A stretch of DNA of 64,000 nt from Nitrospirota bacterium (GTDB lineage: Bacteria; Nitrospirota; Thermodesulfovibrionia; Thermodesulfovibrionales; Dissulfurispiraceae). Positions 9,496 through 18,743 of the stretch are shown piece by piece. The DNA lies in the NCBI GenBank assembly GCA_963790025.1, contig CAWBMP010000004.1, positions 96,001 through 160,000 on the forward strand. Reading direction: 5' to 3'. Position numbers and translations under genes: made by a program. Under the pieces are notes generated by a model. It was not told where the DNA came from and ran no database searches. It saw nothing but the letters and a program-made list of their open reading frames with translations. The first letter of the stretch is position 1, and each line of letters begins with the position of its first letter.

Positions 9496-11373
9496 CTATT
9501 GTTTCGCCTGCTGTAAAGCAGTAAACAGTTCTTCAGAAGTTGAAATAACCTTTGCGCTGGCCTGATATGCGCTCTGAACAGTTATCATGGCAACAAATTC
9601 GCTTGATAAGTCGACATTGCTTTCCTCAAGTGAACTTGAGAATATCTTTCCAAATCCTGCATTGCCTGCAAGACCAGGAATCGGTTGTCCTGAATCACTT
9701 GTTTGGCTGTACATATTGTTTCCCACATCCGTGAGTTTATCCGGAGCATTAAACCTGACAAGCTCAATCTGGGCAATATTCTTTGTCTGGCCATTAGTAA
9801 AGGTGCCGGTTATGACGCCCGTCTGGGAAACAGCATAACTATCGAGACTGCCTGCTGCATATCCATCCTGGTACTGGTTCGCGACCGAACTCGATGAACC
9901 ACCAAATTGAGTTGTGCCGGCAGTTCCGCTGCCGCCCTGGTTAACCGTCTCGGCCTCCAACTGGCCGAAATCAAAAGTAATCGGCTGGGCTTGTTTTACA
10001 CCTCCTGAGAAATCGAAGCTGTTATAAGTCGGGGCAACAGTGTCAACAAGTGCACCGGCGTCATTGAACTCGAGAGTCCCCTGGCTGGCTATCTGGGTCA
10101 GACCACTAGCGCTGTCGCCCGAAGAAACCGATGACCACCACATCCATGTGTTGCCTTTTGCCGCCAGGTTAGCGTTCTGCAGCAGTTCACTATTGTCTAT
10201 CTGCTCGAAATAAATATTGGCCAAATGGCCGTTGCCGGCCGAGTCATATAGCGTCATCGACGTTGAAAAAGCAGTGCCGGGATTAGTCGGATCGAACCCG
10301 GCAGTCTCGAAATCACTTGTGGCTGCACCTGCAGCAGCAAGTGCCGTTATGCCTGCTCCGGTCCCGTTAGTGTTAGTGCTGGAATAACCCAGTATATTCT
10401 GCAATCCATCCTTTTGAGTCCAGTCAATGTTAAAAGCCGTACCGGCAGTTATTGTGAATGTGTATGGGGTGCCCGCGCCTGAGTTTGCCGGGAGGTTGAG
10501 GCCGATTTTTGGATCATTGTAAACAACCGTTGCCGCAGCGCTTACTGCAGCTCCGTTTATCTGGTAAGCTGCGGCTGAATAGTCTGCGTTTGCGCCTCCA
10601 TTAGCATTATTGAGCAGGTTCTGGATTTGGTTGGCCAGTCCCTCACCGTCATAACTGCCGGTATTAAGGGTAAAGGTCTTGTAAGTCATGACGCCGGCAA
10701 CCAGTACGCCTAATTTAATTGAATTATTTGAAGTGGTAATAACAAAGGGTTTTGTGCCTGTGGCGGCTGCGCCTACAGTATTATAATTGACGTTGGTGTT
10801 TGTAAGTGTTGCAGAGGTTGGGTCATCGAGGGGCGCCGACTGCGACAAATTAGCGAAGATTGTCGCATTTGCCGTTGCCGCTGGAGAACCGATGCCGATC
10901 TGGGACATGTTGATGTTGCCTATAGCACCGAACGTGCCGGGCGTCGTGCCTGTTTTTGAAATAACCGGCTGATCCACCGCCACAGCTCCCTGTACGAAGT
11001 CGCCAGTGGGAGTCACAATGTTACCATCTTTGTCCACGCTGAATTGGCCGGCCCTTGTATAAAATTGACTCCCATTTGGATCTTTAATACTAAAAAAACC
11101 AGACCCCTGAATAGCCATGTCAAGGGGATTCGCTGTCGCTTGCAGCGTCCCCTGCGAAAAGTCTGCAGCTACCGAATCAACCTGAACGCCGCTTCCGGCA
11201 TCGAGTCCGGTAGAACCTCCCAGACTTGTACTCAAAAGATTGGCAAATTCTGTAGTATCTGCTTTAAAACCTACCGTATTGCTGTTGGATATGTTGTTGC
11301 CGATAACCGACAAATCTGCGGACATTGCGTTCAGTCCGCTTACCGAAGTGTATAGTGCCGTTCCAAATGCCAT
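9496..11373 (-). CDS. flgE: Flagellar hook protein FlgE (long form, 625 aa)
   Basis: SGLNA..VIGNNISNSNTVGFK, YTRAGQF, SLEESNVDLSSEFVAMITVQ; start ATG 11373 with GGAGG SD. Confidence 0.93.
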   Translation of the reverse strand: MAFGTALYTSVSGLNAMSADLSVIGNNISNSNTVGFKADTTEFANLLSTSLGGSTGLDAGSGVQVDSVAADFSQGTLQATANPLDMAIQGSGFFSIKDPNGSQFYTRAGQFSVDKDGNIVTPTGDFVQGAVAVDQPVISKTGTTPGTFGAIGNINMSQIGIGSPAATANATIFANLSQSAPLDDPTSATLTNTNVNYNTVGAAATGTKPFVITTSNNSIKLGVLVAGVMTYKTFTLNTGSYDGEGLANQIQNLLNNANGGANADYSAAAYQINGAAVSAAATVVYNDPKIGLNLPANSGAGTPYTFTITAGTAFNIDWTQKDGLQNILGYSSTNTNGTGAGITALAAAGAATSDFETAGFDPTNPGTAFSTSMTLYDSAGNGHLANIYFEQIDNSELLQNANLAAKGNTWMWWSSVSSGDSASGLTQIASQGTLEFNDAGALVDTVAPTYNSFDFSGGVKQAQPITFDFGQLEAETVNQGGSGTAGTTQFGGSSSSVANQYQDGYAAGSLDSYAVSQTGVITGTFTNGQTKNIAQIELVRFNAPDKLTDVGNNMYSQTSDSGQPIPGLAGNAGFGKIFSSSLEESNVDLSSEFVAMITVQSAYQASAKVISTSEELFTALQQAKQ

Positions 11374-11410
11374 AATAATCCTCCTTTTTACGCTATAACG
11401 CTTTATATAT

Positions 11411-12178
11411 CTATGTTGTTTCAGCCAACATGGATGTGAACATCTCATTTGTTGTGTTCAAAACCGTAGTCCCCGATTGAAACGCATTTTGCAGCGAAAT
11501 CATATTTACAAATTCATTTTCCATGTTCACATTGCTCGCCTCAAGAGAACTCCCCTGAATAGTGCCTGTCCCCCCTGTGCCCGGAGTCGCCACTACGGGC
11601 ACCCCCGACCCGGCAGTCTGCGAATACAAATTATTCCCCATATTTTGAAGCTGGGTCGGAGCATTGAATTTAGCCAGCAATATCTGGGTTTTTGTGACCT
11701 GTCCACTTGGATAAGTTGCGTTAAGCATGCCATACTGGTCCACTTGCAACGAAACAGGTAAATTACCTCCTGCATCAGGAGGAACAAATAAATCGCCAGG
11801 GGGTCCCTGAAGAATCAAACCCTGGGGGTTTACAATATAATTATTCTTATCGAGCGAGAATTCACCGTCCCTCGTATAAGACATAGTGCCGTTTGGATTT
11901 CTGACTATGAAAAAGCCGTCTCCGCTGATCCCAAGATCAAGAGGATTACTGGTAGCTTGGAATGTGCCTTGTGTAAACTGGGTCTGGACCGCCTGGGTCA
12001 TGACGCCCGAGCCGATAGTCTGCCCCATGGCCTGAGTTAACAAATCACCGAACAGCGGCCGGCTCCCCTTGAACCCGACTGTATTGCTATTGGCCAGATT
12101 GTTGCCGATAATACCAAGACCGGAACTCGCTGCGTCAAGACCGCTCTGAATAATATTAACTGACGATAACCCCCCCAT
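11411..12178 (-). CDS. Short hook/basal-body protein (FlgE/F/G family, 255 aa)
   Basis: IGNNLANSNTVGFK, NPLDLGISGDGFF, YTRDGEF, SLEASNVNMENEFVNMI; start ATG 12178 with AAGGAGG SD. Confidence 0.88.
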   Translation of the reverse strand: MGGLSSVNIIQSGLDAASSGLGIIGNNLANSNTVGFKGSRPLFGDLLTQAMGQTIGSGVMTQAVQTQFTQGTFQATSNPLDLGISGDGFFIVRNPNGTMSYTRDGEFSLDKNNYIVNPQGLILQGPPGDLFVPPDAGGNLPVSLQVDQYGMLNATYPSGQVTKTQILLAKFNAPTQLQNMGNNLYSQTAGSGVPVVATPGTGGTGTIQGSSLEASNVNMENEFVNMISLQNAFQSGTTVLNTTNEMFTSMLAETT

Positions 12179-12188
12179 GTTCCCTCCT

Positions 12189-12698
12189 TTAACTGCCGCT
12201 CGTTGTCGAACTGCCGGCGCCGGACGCAGAGTTAAAGGAAACACTTGCAATAGCTGAGTAGTTGACTGTCATAGGGACAGTCTGTGTCGTGCCATCGCTC
12301 TGGGTCTGCTTGGCATTAATGGTAAGTTGAACACCATTTGTCGGATCGACGCTCACTTGTGTCACTACGCCTGTATCACCACTCGTGTCTGTTATGTTCA
12401 TCCCGATCATGCCTGTCGCAGAGCTCTCTTGCACAGCTTGTGTTGTTTTGATTTGCTGATCAAGGCTGTTAAAAGTGGCAAGCTGCGCTACAAAATCACT
12501 GTTGCTCATGGGATTGGTAGGGTCCTGGTTCTTTAACTCCGCGACCAACAGTGTTAAGAAATCGCTCTCCCCCAGTGCATTTGTTCCCGACGCACCGGAT
12601 GAACTGCCGGTGCTGCCTGTAGTGCTGGAGCTGTTGGCAGTGCTCGTGTTGTTTGTGTAGCCCGAATTGTTCAAAATCGATGTTATGTCTGCTGACAT
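12189..12698 (-). CDS. flgD: Hook capping protein FlgD
   Basis: [31 protein letters not shown] motif. Confidence 0.95.
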   Translation of the reverse strand: MSADITSILNNSGYTNNTSTANSSSTTGSTGSSSGASGTNALGESDFLTLLVAELKNQDPTNPMSNSDFVAQLATFNSLDQQIKTTQAVQESSATGMIGMNITDTSGDTGVVTQVSVDPTNGVQLTINAKQTQSDGTTQTVPMTVNYSAIASVSFNSASGAGSSTTSGS

Positions 12699-12715
12699 CT
12701 CATAACCTCCTTTTT

Positions 12716-14383
12716 TTACGCAAAGAAGTCGAAGAAACCTGTTTTTTGTTCCTTTTGCTGTCTTTGCTGCCGCTGGTTTGTATCGTCCTGTTGTCTTCTT
12801 CCATCCTTAAAGCTGTCTTCTTTCAAATCTGTAAAAAAATTCCCGGTCTTTATGCCCGAACTTTCGATTGACTGCTTGATTTGAGGCATTACGGTAGTGA
12901 ACATGTCTTTTACCGCAGTAGAGTCAACCTTGATGTCCGCTGTCAAAATGCCGTTTTCCATTTTGAGTTTTATCTGTATTGTGCCCATATCGGGAGGCGA
13001 AAGTTTTATTGTCAGATTACTGTCTCCGGAAGCCAGCGTTTTCATTATGGGTTCGCTCAATTCGCCCAACCTGCTGACGGGAATGGCTTCCTGTGCCGGT
13101 TTCGCATCATTGGCATACTGGGTCTGCTGTGCCGGGACAGCAGCGCAGAGCGCAGAGTGTTCAGCGTTCAGCGACGTCGAGTCAGTGTTGCTGTTCGGGT
13201 TTTTTTGCGTTATAGCGCTCAGAACTGTAACCTCTACGCCATTTGCGCCAAGAGTTGCTGAGTTCATTGCATTCGTAGCCGGATTACCTGCATTATTGGT
13301 TGCGTTAAGATTTCCAGCGTTTATTTCATTCGATGTTGGATTGCCGGCATTATTGGCTGTCTTTAGAGTTGCAGCGCTTATTGAATTCGTCGCTTGATTG
13401 CCGGCGTTATTGGCTGCGTTAAGAGTTGCAGCGCTTATTGAATTCGTCGCTTGATTGCCGGCGTTATTGGCTGCGTTAAGAGTTGCAGCGCCTATTGCAC
13501 CTGTCGTTGGATTGCCGGCGTTATTGGCTGCGTTAAGAGTTGCAGCGCCTATTGCACCTGTCGTTGGATTGCCGGCGTTATTGGCTGCGTTAAGAGTTGC
13601 AGCGCCTATTGCACCCGTCGTTGGATTGCCGGCGTTATTGGCCGCGTTAAGAGTTGCAGCGCCTATTGCACCTGTCGTTGGATTGCCGGCGTTATCAGGC
13701 AAGTTTTGTTGCGCCATAACGGTCAACGCGGTATTATCAACAATAGCGTCAGGCGTTAGATTACCAGTATAGCCGGCAACGCTAGTAGTCAAGTTTTGTT
13801 GCGCCGCTGAGCCCTTAACGTTTTCGCCGCCATTGGCAGCAGGCACGGCACTTTTTTGAAGTGCCTGCTCCAACACCGCAATCAGAGAGGTCGTACCATT
13901 GCCTGTGCCATTGCTGCCGGCTATGCCGGTAGCGGCAATTGAGGTATCAGAGGAAGCAGCATTTAAGGACTGACCCGGCGCAATTAAAATATAAGGCTGG
14001 GCAACCGATGTCTGCAGCTGACCTATCATCTGCTGAAGCAGGTCCGTCATGCTGTTTCTGGAATCTGTTTTTTTGTCTGGACCTGTCTTATTGTCGGTCC
14101 CGTTGTTGATAAAAAGTCCTTGCATTAATTCAGCGAGTGAAACTGTTTTGCCGTCGGCGTTTATAAAAGTGCCGTTCTGAAGATTGCCTGTCCCTTTGTC
14201 AAGACCGGAACTTATTGCCCGTAAAAGGCCCGCAAAGTCTGCGGTCGGGTCTCCATTTCCGCCAGCGCCTTGAGTAACACTGCTTGTAGTCATGCCTGAC
14301 ACCGGGGTCACCGAAGAATCGGATATTCGTTGGGGTACGGCAGGCATGATTTCATTAACTTTAGCTATGATATTATCGACCAT
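12716..14383 (-). CDS. fliK: Hook-length control protein FliK
   Basis: Low-complexity N-region, C-terminal [14 protein letters not shown]3S4 domain, upstream of flgD; start ATG 14383 with CAGGAG SD. Confidence 0.88.
   Translation of the reverse strand: MVDNIIAKVNEIMPAVPQRISDSSVTPVSGMTTSSVTQGAGGNGDPTADFAGLLRAISSGLDKGTGNLQNGTFINADGKTVSLAELMQGLFINNGTDNKTGPDKKTDSRNSMTDLLQQMIGQLQTSVAQPYILIAPGQSLNAASSDTSIAATGIAGSNGTGNGTTSLIAVLEQALQKSAVPAANGGENVKGSAAQQNLTTSVAGYTGNLTPDAIVDNTALTVMAQQNLPDNAGNPTTGAIGAATLNAANNAGNPTTGAIGAATLNAANNAGNPTTGAIGAATLNAANNAGNPTTGAIGAATLNAANNAGNQATNSISAATLNAANNAGNQATNSISAATLKTANNAGNPTSNEINAGNLNATNNAGNPATNAMNSATLGANGVEVTVLSAITQKNPNSNTDSTSLNAEHSALCAAVPAQQTQYANDAKPAQEAIPVSRLGELSEPIMKTLASGDSNLTIKLSPPDMGTIQIKLKMENGILTADIKVDSTAVKDMFTTVMPQIKQSIESSGIKTGNFFTDLKEDSFKDGRRQQDDTNQRQQRQQKEQKTGFFDFFA
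13238..13693 (-). repeat. 57-bp (19-aa) tandem repeat x8 inside fliK
   Basis: [19 protein letters not shown] x4, [15 protein letters not shown](N/K)(A/T)AN x2, plus two diverged units. Confidence 0.95.
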
Positions 14384-14436
14384 ACGATTCTCCTGGCCTC
14401 CTGATGACTTTTTGAACTTTTGCAATACGAGATAAA

Positions 14437-14451
14437 GCAAGCCGCATGCCA
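14437..14451 (-). promoter_or_regulatory. Sigma-54 promoter for fliK-flgD-hook operon
   Basis: Minus strand TGGCATGCGGCTTGC, near-perfect consensus, 54 bp upstream of fliK ATG. Confidence 0.85.
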
Positions 14452-14569
14452 AGGGAAAAAACGGGTATCAAGTGGCAAACAGCAAAGGAAAAGAAAAAAA
14501 CGGGTACTTGCTACCCTTCATTTTGCCGGTTACTTTTTTCCTATGGGGAATTAATTTCCTGCTCTACGA

Positions 14570-15073
14570 TTACTTCGGGGCTTTGGGGATTTTGGTAATA
14601 ATCTTTTTTGAAATGGAAGCCGCCTTGTCACTGTCCATCTGGGCAAGAATTCCACCGGCAGTCCTCGGCTTCAGTGAGCTGAGAATAGCCGCGGCAGTGT
14701 CCTCGTCAAGTTTTTCGAGTGCTTTTGCAGCTTCTTCAGGGGGCATCGCCTCGTATATCTTGCTTACCTTCAGCAGACGCTGTTTTGCGGCTTCATCCAA
14801 ACCTTTTTGCGCCTCTTCAATATCTTTTTTCAGCTTCTCGTTGTATTCTATTTCCTTTTTTATATCAGACTTTATGATACCAAGCCGTTCCTTATCGAGT
14901 GACCCCTGGTCCTGCCCGTAAGCGGGCGTAAGCAGTAAGCAGTAAGCAGTAAGCAGTAAAACAGTAAATAAAGAAAAAAAAGAACCCAGAGCTTCAAAAG
15001 AATGGATTCCCGCCCGTGCGGGTATAACAATCAAGTGCTTTTTAAGACTTTTTACGAGCTGGTCAGACTTCAT
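14570..15073 (-). CDS. MotE/YlxF-like periplasmic flagellar protein (MgtE N-domain-like)
   Basis: VSKIYEAMPPEEAAKAL..SLKPRTAGGILAQMD motif; signal-like region ending AYG; between fliJ and fliK; AAGGAG SD. Confidence 0.8.
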   Translation of the reverse strand: MKSDQLVKSLKKHLIVIPARAGIHSFEALGSFFSLFTVLLLTAYCLLLTPAYGQDQGSLDKERLGIIKSDIKKEIEYNEKLKKDIEEAQKGLDEAAKQRLLKVSKIYEAMPPEEAAKALEKLDEDTAAAILSSLKPRTAGGILAQMDSDKAASISKKIITKIPKAPK

Positions 15074-15143
15074 TGTTTATCTCCTTACCACTCACTTCTT
15101 ACCCTTTTTGCTAAATCCTATTTTCTTTTTTACTGCTTACTCC

Positions 15144-15584
15144 CTACCGCCTGCTATCTTTCCTTTGATGCCGTATTATCGCACTCTCGTCTATGTTTAT
15201 CTGTTCTTTTCTTTTAATTTCTTTACTGAGCATACTTTTTTGTTTCTCGTCCAGTTTTTCAAATGTCTTTTTTTCCTTCGAAGCCTCCTGAAGGGCCTTG
15301 CGCGACTCTTCCACCTGAAGCTCCTTTTGCAAGATCACTTTCTTCTGACGCTCTATCTTATCCAGCAAATATTCTATATATCTATTCAGTCTCCTGATTT
15401 CAGCAATTTCGATCAATTTATTCGTCGCCGCTTCAAATTTTGTGCCGGCATCCTTATACTGCTCTTCCAAGGCAAGAAGGCGTTTCTCTTCTACCGCAAG
15501 CTGTTTAAGGCAATGAGCAAACTGCTGCTTTGCCTCATCCTCCTTCCATCTTTTCAGATTCAACAGACTCGCGATAGTACTCAT
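15144..15584 (-). CDS. fliJ: Flagellar export protein FliJ
   Basis: Coiled-coil 146 aa, EKKTFEKL and EQINIDE motifs, directly after fliI. Confidence 0.88.
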   Translation of the reverse strand: MSTIASLLNLKRWKEDEAKQQFAHCLKQLAVEEKRLLALEEQYKDAGTKFEAATNKLIEIAEIRRLNRYIEYLLDKIERQKKVILQKELQVEESRKALQEASKEKKTFEKLDEKQKSMLSKEIKRKEQINIDESAIIRHQRKDSRR

Positions 15585-15710
15585 ATAGCGTACTGCGTAC
15601 GGAGTTCAGCGTGCCGCGTAAAAAAAATCGCAGACTTTCTGTTAGTCACTTCTCTATTCATGTCCGTTATAGTCCTTTAACGCTGTACGCTGAACGCACA
15701 ACGGCGAACG

Positions 15711-17036
15711 TTATTCAAATAAACCATTGAGATCCTGCAAGCCCTGTTCAAAAGTGACCTTGTCGGTAATGTTTTGTCTCAGAAAAGCCCTGATTTTTTC
15801 CATCATACGTATGGCTGCATCCAGCCCCGGATTTGTCCCTTCCTTATATGCTCCGATGGTGATGACATCTTCGTATCTTTTATACAAGGCCATTATTTCC
15901 AGCACTTTTTCCACCTGCATTTTGTGCTTCGGGTCGGATATATCTTTCATAAGCCTGCTTATACTCTGAAGGACATCAATTGCCGGATAGTGATTGTGGT
16001 TGGCAAGCTCCCTGGAGAGGACTATATGGCCATCGAGTATTGACCTGGCGGCATCGGCAATCGGCTCATTCATATCATCGCCTTCAACAAGGACTGTATA
16101 CAGGCCGGTTATTGTTCCCTCCCGCTCCCATGTGCCTGCCCGTTCAAGGAGCTTGGGCATGAGATTGAAAACTGACGGTGTATACCCTTTCATAGTCGGC
16201 GGTTCACCGGCAGCCAAACCTATTTCTCTTTGCGCCATTGCAAATCTCGTCAGCGAGTCCATCATTAACAGAACGTTTTTGCCCAGCGACCTGAAGTACT
16301 CGGCAATGGCCGTTGCGACAAAAGCGCCACGTATTCTTATAAGCGGAGAAGTGTCCGATGTGGCTACCACAAGCACCGACCTATTTAGTCCTTCCGCGCC
16401 GAGGTCTTTCTCAATAAACTCCCTTACTTCCCTCCCGCGCTCACCGATAAGGGCTATGACATTGACATCTGCGGCCGTATTCCGTGCCATCATGCCTAAA
16501 AGCACACTCTTGCCGACACCGCTGCCGGCCATTATCCCGATCCTCTGGCCTTTCCCAATGGTAAGCAAGGTGTTTACAGAACGTATCCCGAGGTCAAGAG
16601 GAGTGGTTATTCGCTGACGGTATAACGGATTTATCGGCTCGTTATATACCGGATATAGCTGGCCTGTCACAGGTTCTTTGGCATCCATCGGGTTGCCGAC
16701 ACCGTCAAGTATTCGTCCCAAAAGGCCCTTGCCCATCCTTATGTAACGCTGCCTGCCCTTTGCTACTATTCTGGAGCCCGGACCGATGCCCCTCAATTCA
16801 CCAAGAGGCATCAAAAGTATTTTACCTTCTTTAAAACCTATAACTTCGGCCTCCATAAACTGTTCTGCTCCATTGCCGTTTAATTCTATCTGGCATATAT
16901 CGCCGATATTGGCCTGAGGACCAAGTCCCTCAATCACAATACCGATCCCTTTGTTCACCTTGCCGTAAACCTTGACCGGATCGGTTTCCCTGACAATAGA
17001 CTTACATCTTTCTATGAGTTGCAGTGCCGATGACAT
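15711..17036 (-). CDS. fliI: Flagellar export ATPase FliI
   Basis: AGSGVGKS Walker A, LIGERGREV, MDSLTRFAMAQREIGL. Confidence 0.97.
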   Translation of the reverse strand: MSSALQLIERCKSIVRETDPVKVYGKVNKGIGIVIEGLGPQANIGDICQIELNGNGAEQFMEAEVIGFKEGKILLMPLGELRGIGPGSRIVAKGRQRYIRMGKGLLGRILDGVGNPMDAKEPVTGQLYPVYNEPINPLYRQRITTPLDLGIRSVNTLLTIGKGQRIGIMAGSGVGKSVLLGMMARNTAADVNVIALIGERGREVREFIEKDLGAEGLNRSVLVVATSDTSPLIRIRGAFVATAIAEYFRSLGKNVLLMMDSLTRFAMAQREIGLAAGEPPTMKGYTPSVFNLMPKLLERAGTWEREGTITGLYTVLVEGDDMNEPIADAARSILDGHIVLSRELANHNHYPAIDVLQSISRLMKDISDPKHKMQVEKVLEIMALYKRYEDVITIGAYKEGTNPGLDAAIRMMEKIRAFLRQNITDKVTFEQGLQDLNGLFE

Positions 17037-17769
17037 CCTCGACTTCCTTCATTTGCTCTTCGATCCTGGCATCGACCTCTCCTGTCGGGGTTTCAATGTA
17101 GCACCCTCCAGGGGATATCGTCGCAGAGGGCTCAAGAGATATGTTTTTAAGACCTGACTGCTCTTTGAGCAGGTCAATATGGGGAATCATTACTTCGTAA
17201 TCCAGCGGATTTATTTTTATGACAAGGTATTCTTCTTTTTCTCCAACCTTCCGTACAGCATCCTGGGCAACCGAGAGTATCAGGTCTCTATCGAGATCTA
17301 TTTCCTTATGCACTATCTTCTTTGCGATTTCGATGGAGAGCTCAATGATTTGGGGCAATATTTCAGTGAGCTTGTCAACCCTGAAATTCTCAAGCGATGC
17401 TATAATTTCTCCGAGTCTTGTGAGCGTGGCGCTGACTTTATCATTTCCCCCGGTCAGTCCTTCGGCAAAACCTTCCGCATGACCTTCCGCATGCCCCCGC
17501 GAGCGCGCCTCCTGTTCAAGGTTTCTTATACGCTCCTGCACTTCCTCACCCAGCGGCTCTTCCACAGGGGGGCTCTCTTCAGTTTCCTGCAAACCTTCCG
17601 GCCCGACAGGAGCAACGATACCGGCAAGCTCATCATTAAAATCCTGAAGTGTATACAGTTCCGCCTCAACGAATCTTCGATTCTTCGGGGACGCCGCAGC
17701 TCCCCCCCTAAAAGTCTGCTGACTTTTCGGGGACCCCGGTTGCACGTCGTTTTCGTGTGCGCTAGGCAA
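17002..17769 (-). CDS. fliH: Flagellar assembly protein FliH
   Basis: GxxxG repeats (GHAEGHAEGFAEG), PGGCYIET..GEVDA; start uncertain (TTG 17769 preferred over 17832). Confidence 0.88.
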   Translation of the reverse strand: MPSAHENDVQPGSPKSQQTFRGGAAASPKNRRFVEAELYTLQDFNDELAGIVAPVGPEGLQETEESPPVEEPLGEEVQERIRNLEQEARSRGHAEGHAEGFAEGLTGGNDKVSATLTRLGEIIASLENFRVDKLTEILPQIIELSIEIAKKIVHKEIDLDRDLILSVAQDAVRKVGEKEEYLVIKINPLDYEVMIPHIDLLKEQSGLKNISLEPSATISPGGCYIETPTGEVDARIEEQMKEVEDVIGTATHRKM

Positions 17770-18742
17770 TAATTTCTTCTCCACCTTTGCCTCCGACCAC
17801 AATCTTGCCCTCTTCTTCAAGCCTGCGCGCAACCCTTACGACATTCATCTGGGCCTTTTCAACATCCGAAACCCTTACAGCGCCTTTAGTTTCCATTTCT
17901 TCCTTCAGTATCTGAACAGCCCTCTGAGACATATTCCCGTATATTTTTGCCTTGAGATCATCGGACGCCATTTTGAGGGCAAGAGCAAGGTCATCAGTGG
18001 TTATTTCTTTGAGAATCATCTGTATGCCCTTGGCATCTATATTGACGAGGTCATCAAAGGTAAACATAAGCTTCCTGATCTCATCCGCGAGTATCTGGTC
18101 CTTCTCTTCAATATTCTTGATGATCAGGTCCTCACTGGCCCTGTCGAGCTGGTTCAGTATCTCAGCAACAGTTTTAATACCGCCGATCTTTTTACCCCTG
18201 GTGTAACTCTGCAACTGGGACTGCAACACGTCCTCCAGTTCTCCCAGGATAGTAGGCGATATCTGATCGAGACTCGCAATTCTCAGGGAAACGTCTATTT
18301 TAACATGCTCCGGCAGCTTAGACAACACCTCGGCGGCCTGAGTAGGCTCGAGATAAGCGATAATTATGGCGATCGTTTGCGGATGCTCCCTCGCCAGCAT
18401 GTTTGCGATAGCACCGGAATCAAGCCACCGGAGGATATCGAAAGCGCTTGCACCGCTTTCGATCTTGTCCATCAATTTTTTTGCATGGTCTTCGCCGAAG
18501 GCCTGCACCAATATTTTCTTAATATAGTCCTCATCGACCGCAAGCATGGCCGAACCTGTTTTATCGAAAAACTCCTCCAGGAGACCGTCAACTAATTCTG
18601 GAGTCAGCTTTATGCGCGCCATCATGGGAACGACCCTTGCCAGTTCGAGAGGATCGAGATGCTTGAAAATCTGCGTTGCCGCATCCTCCCCTACTATTGA
18701 CAGAAATGCGGCGACCTTTTCAACACCGGACAACTTTTTCAT
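17762..18742 (-). CDS. fliG: Motor switch protein FliG
   Basis: EHPQTIA and MFTFDDL motifs, NMSQRA..LKEEM. Confidence 0.97.
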   Translation of the reverse strand: MKKLSGVEKVAAFLSIVGEDAATQIFKHLDPLELARVVPMMARIKLTPELVDGLLEEFFDKTGSAMLAVDEDYIKKILVQAFGEDHAKKLMDKIESGASAFDILRWLDSGAIANMLAREHPQTIAIIIAYLEPTQAAEVLSKLPEHVKIDVSLRIASLDQISPTILGELEDVLQSQLQSYTRGKKIGGIKTVAEILNQLDRASEDLIIKNIEEKDQILADEIRKLMFTFDDLVNIDAKGIQMILKEITTDDLALALKMASDDLKAKIYGNMSQRAVQILKEEMETKGAVRVSDVEKAQMNVVRVARRLEEEGKIVVGGKGGEEIIA

Positions 18743-18743
18743 T

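Noticed and set aside
13238..13693. Possible CRISPR array
   Set aside because: Units are contiguous 57-mers with no unique spacers, in frame within fliK; no cas genes.
9203..14452. Longer N-termini given by the ORF track for fliL, flgE, the short hook gene and fliK
   Set aside because: Extensions overlap promoters or upstream genes; internal ATGs have good SD sequences.
14451..14560. GGAA-N-TTCC-like palindromes upstream of the fliK promoter (also near 21772) as FleR-type sites
   Set aside because: Too degenerate and variably spaced to call by eye.
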